39,624 nucleotides of DNA from positions 1 through 39,624 of the IMG/VR virus record IMGVR_UViG_3300040801_002038. The stretch is one strand, 5' to 3'. Source of the stretch: a virus. The position numbers were made by a program, and so were the translations under genes. How positions within the stretch are numbered: position 1 is the stretch's first letter; every line of letters starts with the position of its first letter. The notes under the pieces were generated by a model. The model made no database searches. It saw only the letters and a program-made list of their open reading frames with translations, and was not told the DNA's origin. Shown here one piece after another: positions 32,590 through 38,480 of the stretch.

Positions 32590-32625
32590 TGAAATGATCA
32601 TCTGTCGAGGGGCGCGCGCCACGGC

Positions 32626-32895
32626 TCAGTTCCGCAGCACGTCGTGTGCCTGCAGGTCGTGCACCGCTTGCGCTGTCTCGCCACTGACGTGCGCCAGCTT
32701 GTCGACAGCATCGGACAGCGACGCGACGGCACGCACCGTGGCGCTGCGATCATGCTCGAGCTGACCGCGCAGCACCTGCACCTCGAGGCGCATGGCCTCG
32801 AGCTTGCGCGCGTGCTGGCCGGCCGTGGCCAGGCCGATCAGGATGCACACGCCCAGCGCAGCGCCGAGCAGGATCACCGGCAGCGACTCGATCAT
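32626..32895 (-). CDS. N-terminally anchored membrane protein with coiled-coil (89 aa)
   Basis: ATG 32895 in an ATGA overlap. MIESLPVILLGAALGVCILIGLATAG forms a TM segment, then heptad-like KLEAMRLEVQVLRGQLE. Confidence 0.5.
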   Translation of the reverse strand: MIESLPVILLGAALGVCILIGLATAGQHARKLEAMRLEVQVLRGQLEHDRSATVRAVASLSDAVDKLAHVSGETAQAVHDLQAHDVLRN

Positions 32896-35186
32896 CGGTG
32901 CACCCCGTCGCGGAACACGTCCCAGGGCACCACCGCATCGAACCCGCCTGGCGTGCGCATGCCCTCGACCCAGTCGCGGAACACGCCAGCGCGCCGCTCG
33001 ACCTCGGTGCAGACGGCCGGGTCTTGCTGCACCTGGCGGCACAGGTGGCTGGCAATGTCCATGGCCGGCAGAATCCAGCGTGACACGCCGGTGCCGTACG
33101 TCTTCACCCGGTCGGGATCATCCCACGCATCGAACGGCAGCGGCTGCCCGTCCTCGTACGCCAGATACCCGCCGACGTCGAACGTGCCGTCGTCGTGTTC
33201 GCGCACCCCGTGCAGCGTGATCGTCTCGGCCACCTTGTACGCTGCCTCGAGCGCCAGCGCGTCGCCGGTCATGCGCCACAGGCACGCGAACCCCTGCGCT
33301 ACAAACGCTTCCTGCCACGGCGACCAGTTTGGCACGGGCACCGTGCGGCCGTCAGGCCCGAACAGACCAGACACGAACAGCAGGCTGGCGGCCTCGTCGA
33401 GCGCGTCGACTTCACCGGCGACGATGCCGTCGGTCATGGCCTCGAGCATCTCGGGATTGTCGCCGAGCAGCTCGGCGGTGATGGTCGGGCAGTTGTCTGC
33501 CACGGCCATGATCCGGCGCGGCTGTTGGCACGACTCGCGCATGCTCGGCGGCACGTTGACCAGGGACGACGCGCTGAACGCCTGGTCGACATAGTTGCCG
33601 TGCAGCCGGTCAAGCGCACGCTGCAGGATGTCCTGGCGGCCGGTGGCGCAGTGCGCCCACAGCATGGCCAGTGTCATGCGGCCGATCGCACGCGTGCCGC
33701 CGAGGCCGTCGAGGTACGTGCCCGAATCGACGGGATACTGCGCCAGCGCCGTTTCGATCCAGTCGTCGACCAGTTCCTGCAGGATCAGTGACGGCCGCAG
33801 CAGCTGCTGCGCACACAGGAAGTTGATCGACTCATGTTGCGGATCGTACGACTTCCACTGCACCCCGCGGTTGCTGTTGCGGAACCGATAGGTGCCGGCG
33901 TTCTTCCCCAACCGATCCCAACTGTACGAAGGGTGGTAGTGCGTGACGTGCAGATAACAGAACCACTGGGGGTGGTTCGCGTGCGTGACCGGCGACACGT
34001 CGAGTTCGCGGTAATGGCCAGGCCTGCAACCTTCGGCCAGTGCGCTGAACCTCGACGCGTACAGCCGTTCGGGTGCCTCGGGAATCAAGGCCACTTCGCA
34101 CAGCTGCGACACCCCGAAGTCCGCTTGATCGCCGGCCGTGCCCGGAATCTCGAGGCATGAATCGGGGCCCCACGCGAACAGGCCGGCGGTGCGTGGCATG
34201 CGGTCGACGGCGCGCACCGCGTGTCGATGCGCTGCGACCTGTGCGTGCTGCGGGTCGCCGTTGAACCAGTCGGGCAACGTGACCGTGCCAGCTGGCCCGA
34301 ACGCGCGCGCTGCGCCGAACGCGCTGCAGACGTACTCGAGGGGCGCGTCGTCGGCCTCGGCCAGCAGCCACTCGGCCGGCGGGCCCCACAGCTGCTCGTC
34401 GAGTTCGTGAAACTCACCCGGCGGGAACAGAAACGCACCCGTGACGACAGGCGCCTGGCTGTCGCCCCACAGGCCTGCGCCGCCGATCTGCACCACGCTG
34501 GTGCCATCCTCGAGCACCTGCACGCCGATGCCAGACTGCTGCCGGTATCGCACCACGGGGAACGCGCCGCGCACGTGCAGTTCGATGCCGCGCACCAGTT
34601 CGGTGTGCAGCGCGTCGGGCATGCGTTCGTCGTTGAACCCGACACGCAGCGCCCACGTCTGGTACGGCGTGGCGGTCGGTGTCTCGGTCCAGACGCTGGC
34701 CCAAAAGCCCGTGGCGTCGCAGCGACCGTAGAAACGCGACGTGGCGTGCATGCTGGTCGTCGCCACCGGCTGCAGGTGCAGCGGCACGCGCCGGCCGTCG
34801 ATCATCACGTCGATGCCGAACAGGCCGAGGCGCTGGCCGATCCACGGGTGCAGCCCGAACGGCGGCAGCGGAATCTCGGCGTCGCCGGTGCCGTCCTCGC
34901 GCGCGTTGCCGAGGATCGCGAACTGTGACCGGCCCGACGCGAACTGCCCGACGTTGAACTCGAGCGACGCGGTGCGCGCGAACCCATCGGGGCGCAACAC
35001 CTGGTCGCCGATCAGCACGCCACGGCCCGACGTTTCGCCGTCGAGGTCGGCCAGCACGCGAGCACCTGCGTGCAGGTTGTAGTCGTCTGCCAGCGGCACG
35101 CGGGTGCGGCCGATGCCGCGGCGGGCGCGTGCTCCGATGTTCGCCACGTGAAGCGTTGCCAGTGGCCGTTGCTGTTGGTCTGTCAT
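32892..35186 (-). CDS. Large protein of unknown function (764 aa); beta-rich N-half, helical repeat-like C-half (possible alpha/alpha-toroid carbohydrate-active fold)
   Basis: ATG 35186 (ATGA overlap). Protein-like composition throughout. W/H/Y-rich segments HANHPQWFCYLHVTHYHPSYSWDRLG and WSPWQEAFVAQGFACLWRMTGDALALEAAYKVAE. No diagnostic motif recognised. Confidence 0.45.
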   Translation of the reverse strand: MTDQQQRPLATLHVANIGARARRGIGRTRVPLADDYNLHAGARVLADLDGETSGRGVLIGDQVLRPDGFARTASLEFNVGQFASGRSQFAILGNAREDGTGDAEIPLPPFGLHPWIGQRLGLFGIDVMIDGRRVPLHLQPVATTSMHATSRFYGRCDATGFWASVWTETPTATPYQTWALRVGFNDERMPDALHTELVRGIELHVRGAFPVVRYRQQSGIGVQVLEDGTSVVQIGGAGLWGDSQAPVVTGAFLFPPGEFHELDEQLWGPPAEWLLAEADDAPLEYVCSAFGAARAFGPAGTVTLPDWFNGDPQHAQVAAHRHAVRAVDRMPRTAGLFAWGPDSCLEIPGTAGDQADFGVSQLCEVALIPEAPERLYASRFSALAEGCRPGHYRELDVSPVTHANHPQWFCYLHVTHYHPSYSWDRLGKNAGTYRFRNSNRGVQWKSYDPQHESINFLCAQQLLRPSLILQELVDDWIETALAQYPVDSGTYLDGLGGTRAIGRMTLAMLWAHCATGRQDILQRALDRLHGNYVDQAFSASSLVNVPPSMRESCQQPRRIMAVADNCPTITAELLGDNPEMLEAMTDGIVAGEVDALDEAASLLFVSGLFGPDGRTVPVPNWSPWQEAFVAQGFACLWRMTGDALALEAAYKVAETITLHGVREHDDGTFDVGGYLAYEDGQPLPFDAWDDPDRVKTYGTGVSRWILPAMDIASHLCRQVQQDPAVCTEVERRAGVFRDWVEGMRTPGGFDAVVPWDVFRDGVHR

Positions 35187-35998
35187 CGTTTGGGTTCCTC
35201 GCCGTGGTCACGCGCCCAGCGCGCCACCGCTTTCGCCGTCTGGCCGGGTGTCAGGGAAACAACGGCGCGGCGGCCGGCCGCGGCAGCGCCGAACAGGGTT
35301 TGAATGCCCGTGGAACGTGTCAGATCGGCGACGGTGTCGCCGGGTGCAGTGTAGGCGTCGAGCATGGCCTGCAGGTCGAGGCCGGCATCGGCCACCACGA
35401 TGCGGTGGTCGCCCAGCTCGACCGTTTCGCCCACCTGGTGCGTGTGCGTGGTGTCGTCGTCCTCGGGTTCGACGACCTCGAACTCGACGTGCTCTGGTTC
35501 CGGGTCGACGGGTGCCTCGAGCAGGTCGTCGAGGCCCGGGTCGGCCAGGTCGGCGCCGACCGACTCGAACAGCGCGTCGAGGTCGGTTTCGGTGTAGCCG
35601 ACGGCCGACAGCAGGTCGGCATCGGCGTCGAGCGTGGCGAGCACCTCGGCCAGCTTGGCGTCGTCCCATTCGGCCAGGTCGGCGGTGCGGTTGTCGGCCA
35701 CGGCGAACGCGTCGGCCTCGCCGTCGGGAGCCTCGACCACCGCGCAGGCTTTCCAGCCGAGTTCGACCATGCACTCGAGGCGCAAGTTTCCGACGACCAC
35801 GCGCGTGCCGTCGACGACCAGCGGCAAGCGCTGGCCCCAGCGCTGCAGCGATGCGAGCACGGCCGCGCGGTTCTTTGTCGGGTGGCGGCGCGCGTTGCTG
35901 GTGTCGGGCTGCAGCGTGGCAATCGGCACGGCCAAGCTGCGCAGTGGCTTGGCAATGTGGCGAAGCCAGTACGGTTTGACGATTTCGGGATCACTCAT
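35183..35998 (-). CDS. ParB-like N-terminal domain protein with remnant of a DNA methyltransferase (271 aa)
   Basis: LPLVVDGTRVVVGNLRLECMVELG (ParB-N-like), AVADNRTADLAEWDDAKLAEVL...VGYTETDLDALF (linker typical of ParB-methylases), VELGDHRIVVAD (cf. LG.HRL.CGD), then directly PGDTVADLTRSTGIQTLFGAAAAGRRAVVSLTP...ARW (cf. GD.VLDPF.GSGTT..AA...GR...E..P...RW). No DPPY block. Confidence 0.55.
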   Translation of the reverse strand: MSDPEIVKPYWLRHIAKPLRSLAVPIATLQPDTSNARRHPTKNRAAVLASLQRWGQRLPLVVDGTRVVVGNLRLECMVELGWKACAVVEAPDGEADAFAVADNRTADLAEWDDAKLAEVLATLDADADLLSAVGYTETDLDALFESVGADLADPGLDDLLEAPVDPEPEHVEFEVVEPEDDDTTHTHQVGETVELGDHRIVVADAGLDLQAMLDAYTAPGDTVADLTRSTGIQTLFGAAAAGRRAVVSLTPGQTAKAVARWARDHGEEPKR

Positions 35999-36212
35999 CG
36001 TCGCCCCGTTCCTGCTGCGCCTGGTGCTGGCGCCACAAATCGCCGGCCGTGTCGATCACCAGCAGCTCGAACAGCTGCCCGGGAAGCGCATCCGACAGCG
36101 ACTTGTCGGGTTCCTGCTCGAGCTTTCGTCGCAGGTAATGCAACACGGCGCGGCCGCCGTCGCGGAATGCTTCCTGCAGCTGGTGTCGCTGCGCGTCGTC
36201 AAAACTCGACAT
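35991..36212 (-). CDS. Hypothetical small acidic protein (73 aa)
   Basis: ATG 36212. Overlaps both neighbours. No motif recognised. Confidence 0.4.
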   Translation of the reverse strand: MSSFDDAQRHQLQEAFRDGGRAVLHYLRRKLEQEPDKSLSDALPGQLFELLVIDTAGDLWRQHQAQQERGDDE

Positions 36213-36993
36213 CGAACCCCCCGTCGTCTGCAGCGTCCTCGCGCCGCGCCGCGTCCTCGAGAATCTCGGCCATGGTCGGTTTCCGCTGTCGCCAGCCGAT
36301 CGCCTTGTCGACGGCCTGCGCGCCGATCGCGCCGGCTGGTGTGCCTTTCCGCCACCGGGCTTTGCCGCGTTGCTGCTGCTCGCGCAGGTGCTGCAGGTGC
36401 TCGGCGTAGCTGTTGGCCTTGATGTCGTGACGGCGTGCCAGCGCGCGGTCGATCCACTGCACGACCTCGGCCTCGGTCACGCGGTATTCGGCGGCCACTT
36501 CTCGCGGCGTGCGGTGGTCGGCGATCACGCGCACAGCCGCGACCGAGTCGCGCTGCCGCTGCCGGAACTCGCGCAGCGTGATGCCTTCGGCCTCGGCCTG
36601 CCGTTCCTCCCACTCCCGATCCAGTTCCTGCGGCTGGTCGCCGAACCGGCCGTCGTCGGCGCCAGGCACGGCAGCCAGGCGCACCTCGATCCGGCGCGCC
36701 ACGTTGCCGACCACGTCGGGCCAGTCGGGGTCGCCGAACAGCTCGGCCAGGTACAGCCCCTGGTTTTCGGTGCCCCGTGCGTGCGCCTCGGTCACCAGCT
36801 GCTGCACGACCTGGTCGGTCACCAGGTCGCTGCGCGCGCTGCGTTCGATGCGTGTGGCTAGTTCGCGCCTGTGCGGCCGGAACTTGCCCGTATGGACGCC
36901 CCACGACGCCAGCAGGGTGTCGAGGCGCTTCACTTCCTTGGCGCGCTCTGCGTCCGTCACAGGGCGCCCTGCGCCCTCGGTGTGCCTTGTCAT
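36199..36993 (-). CDS. Hypothetical regulator-like protein (264 aa) with HTH-like segment and acidic aromatic C-terminus
   Basis: ATG 36993 with SD aggaga. RTPREVAAEYRVTEAEVVQWIDRALARR resembles an HTH / sigma region-4-like unit. Ends ...AADDGGFDVEF. Confidence 0.4.
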   Translation of the reverse strand: MTRHTEGAGRPVTDAERAKEVKRLDTLLASWGVHTGKFRPHRRELATRIERSARSDLVTDQVVQQLVTEAHARGTENQGLYLAELFGDPDWPDVVGNVARRIEVRLAAVPGADDGRFGDQPQELDREWEERQAEAEGITLREFRQRQRDSVAAVRVIADHRTPREVAAEYRVTEAEVVQWIDRALARRHDIKANSYAEHLQHLREQQQRGKARWRKGTPAGAIGAQAVDKAIGWRQRKPTMAEILEDAARREDAADDGGFDVEF

Positions 36994-37121
36994 CGGTCTG
37001 GTTCTCCTGTGCAGAAATCAGACGCCGGCGCCATCGGCAGAAACGGCCAGCCTGGCACGCGGTCTGCTCTGATGTAGTCGGCGTATGTAGTACGTACTGT
37101 ACTTCTCTTGTGCGGTGCGAA

Positions 37122-37146
37122 CCGCGGGTGCGGTCGCACCCGCCGG
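37122..37146. repeat. Near-palindrome built from two partial copies of the 16-bp element (ccgcgggtgcg-g-t-cgcacccgccgg)
   Basis: Read directly. The right half (37135-37146) matches the element for 12 nt. The left half matches with a 1-nt deletion. Confidence 0.75.
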
Positions 37147-37189
37147 AGTTTTGCCGGATATGTCAGGCGCTGTGCCAAACCGGCAGAAT

Positions 37190-37246
37190 CGCACCGGCGG
37201 GTGCGGGTCATGCTGCGCCGCCTTCCTGATCGCACCCGCCGGTGCG
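37190..37246. repeat. Inverted pair of the 16-bp element (25-nt spacer) straddling the stop codon at 37208
   Basis: 37190-37205 cgcaccggcgggtgcg and 37231-37246 cgcacccgccggtgcg. Identical to the pair at 32432-32475 and in the same relative orientation. Confidence 0.9.
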
Positions 37247-37792
37247 CCTTGCCTTGTTCACGGCTGCGCAGCGCCGCAGCCACCGCTTGCGTTCCGCGTC
37301 GCGACACGGCTGGCACGTCTTCATGCCGGGCACCGCGGTGCGCTTGCCGTGGCATCGGTTGCAGGGTTTCGCTTCGCCGTTACGGCGCCAGCCAGCGCCC
37401 CATTCGGTCGGGTTCCAGCCGGCCAGCTCGACGGCGCCGTCGACCTGCACGACCAGGCCGGCGGCCTCGAGTTGCGCGAGCACTTCCCACAGCTCGAGCA
37501 GCGGCACCCATTCCTCCAGGTGCTCGCCCTCCCTGATCAAGTCGTCGTCGGTCAGCACGCCGGCGCTGCCGCTACGGCCGACCAGCGCGACCAGGGCGAA
37601 GTACAGCGCGACGCCCTTGGCATCGACCTGGCGCAGCTTCGCGTTGCGGGTCCAGTTCTCGTCGAGCTTGACGAACAACGGCCCACGCTTACGATTCGAG
37701 CCAGCTGTCGGCCTGTCATCGCCGGCGGTTCTCCCATCCGGCGCCCTGCGGTCTCGACCGTTGCGGCGCCGGTTGTCTTTTCGGGATGCCAT
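37208..37792 (-). CDS. DNA-binding / replisome-organiser-like protein candidate with C-terminal CxxC...CxxC (194 aa)
   Basis: ATG 37792. Basic N-terminus. FVKLDENWTRNAKLRQVDAKGVALYFALVALVGRSGSAGVLTDDDL resembles phage replisome-organiser/DnaD-like winged-helix N-domains. CNRCHGKRTAVPGMKTCQPC follows. Confidence 0.35.
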   Translation of the reverse strand: MASRKDNRRRNGRDRRAPDGRTAGDDRPTAGSNRKRGPLFVKLDENWTRNAKLRQVDAKGVALYFALVALVGRSGSAGVLTDDDLIREGEHLEEWVPLLELWEVLAQLEAAGLVVQVDGAVELAGWNPTEWGAGWRRNGEAKPCNRCHGKRTAVPGMKTCQPCRDAERKRWLRRCAAVNKARRTGGCDQEGGAA

Positions 37793-37803
37793 CGTCTGAG
37801 GGG

Positions 37804-38115
37804 TCAGGCGAACAGGCCGAGGAAGAAGAGGGTCCCGATAATCAGGACGCCCAGCAGAGCCACCAGGACGCCGCGGAAGCCGTCGAGGTCTTCCCAGGCC
37901 TTCCTTTTCGGAGGGGCCGGCTGGCGGTGGCTGGGCAGGCCTCGGAAGGACCCAGGCGCCACGCCACCGAAGCGCTCCTGGTTCCCACGCCGGCGGCAGT
38001 CGGCGAAGCGCTTCCCGCACGCCCCCGGGTACTGGCCGAGGTAGCCGCAGTGGTGCCCGCGGTACTCAAAGGGGCAGAGGTTGGAGAGGTCATCCCCGTA
38101 GGCGTCCTGGATCAT
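37804..38115 (-). CDS. Tail-anchored membrane protein carrying a gpL-C-terminus-like Cys4 domain (103 aa)
   Basis: ATG 38115 in an ATGA overlap. CPFEYRGHHCGYLGQYPGACGKRFADC...RFGGV has the same spacing as this phage's L-like protein (CRWVFGGPECGY...CNKTIPEC...RFGGF) and as lambda gpL. Ends with the TM segment FRGVLVALLGVLIIGTLFFLGLFA. Confidence 0.6.
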   Translation of the reverse strand: MIQDAYGDDLSNLCPFEYRGHHCGYLGQYPGACGKRFADCRRRGNQERFGGVAPGSFRGLPSHRQPAPPKRKAWEDLDGFRGVLVALLGVLIIGTLFFLGLFA

Positions 38116-38348
38116 CGCCTGCACTCCTCCGGCAGCTGGCCGCCGTTGTCGATGACCTTTCGCGCGCAGGCCGATCCGAACGGAAAACAGCCGAGGTTGT
38201 TGGGGTCATCGTCGCGGAACTGGCGCCGTTCGGCTTCCTCGGTGGTGATGTAGCCGCCCGGTTCGCCCTGGTCGAACACCAGGAACGTGATCCGTTCGGG
38301 GTGCAGCTGCCGGCCGCAAAGCTCGCATCGGTCAAGTGTCGCTGTCAT
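38112..38348 (-). CDS. Small Cys-containing protein (78 aa), first gene of the leftward string
   Basis: ATG 38348 with SD ggagaa 10 nt upstream. CELCGRQL ... GCFPFGSAC. Confidence 0.5.
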   Translation of the reverse strand: MTATLDRCELCGRQLHPERITFLVFDQGEPGGYITTEEAERRQFRDDDPNNLGCFPFGSACARKVIDNGGQLPEECRR

Positions 38349-38362
38349 CGCGTTGGTTCTCC

Positions 38363-38384
38363 GCGGCGCCACTGCGGCGCCACT
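38363..38384. repeat. Perfect tandem 11-mer x2 (gcggcgccact) in the leftward 5' leader
   Basis: 38363-38373 equals 38374-38384. Each copy contains the GGCGCC palindrome. Lies immediately upstream (minus sense) of the SD. Confidence 0.9.
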
Positions 38385-38388
38385 CGGC

Positions 38389-38417
38389 ATGATGCCCGGC
38401 GCCTGGTCTCGCGTCCA
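38389..38417 (-). promoter_or_regulatory. Candidate leftward promoter TGGACG-N17-CATCAT
   Basis: Minus-strand -35 at 38417-38412 and -10 at 38394-38389, each 4/6 to consensus with a 17-nt spacer. The predicted start falls in the tandem 11-mers. Confidence 0.3.
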
Positions 38418-38444
38418 GCCCGTTGCAGTTTTTTCTGGTTTGCG

Positions 38445-38473
38445 TTGCAATGTTCAGCGCTGTCCAGCATACT
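38445..38473 (+). promoter_or_regulatory. Candidate rightward promoter TTGCAA-N17-CATACT
   Basis: -35 at 38445-38450, exact 17-nt spacer, -10 at 38468-38473. ATG 38481 lies 7 nt after the -10, so the mRNA is either leaderless or translation uses ATG 38499. Flanked by GTTGCAGT / ACTGCAAC sites. Confidence 0.45.
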
Positions 38474-38480
38474 GCAACCC

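Noticed and set aside
32410-32622. 70-aa minus-strand ORF filling the terS-upstream gap; also 36990-37355 (121 aa) across the 37-kb gap.
   Set aside because: Both are Arg-rich and run straight through the hairpin and palindrome elements. They overlap neighbouring gene starts or ends and have no SD or coupling.
32432-37246. Whether the repeated 16-mers constitute a CRISPR array or a MITE-like mobile element.
   Set aside because: There are only two inverted pairs 4.7 kb apart plus partial copies. There are no regularly spaced direct repeats with spacers, no target-site duplications, and no transposase.
38116-38124. Longer start (GTG 38124, track start) for the gpL-domain membrane protein.
   Set aside because: ATG 38115 forms an ATGA overlap with the upstream stop, like most junctions in this string. 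The GTG start would add only three residues and overlap 13 nt. This is unresolved but immaterial to the call.
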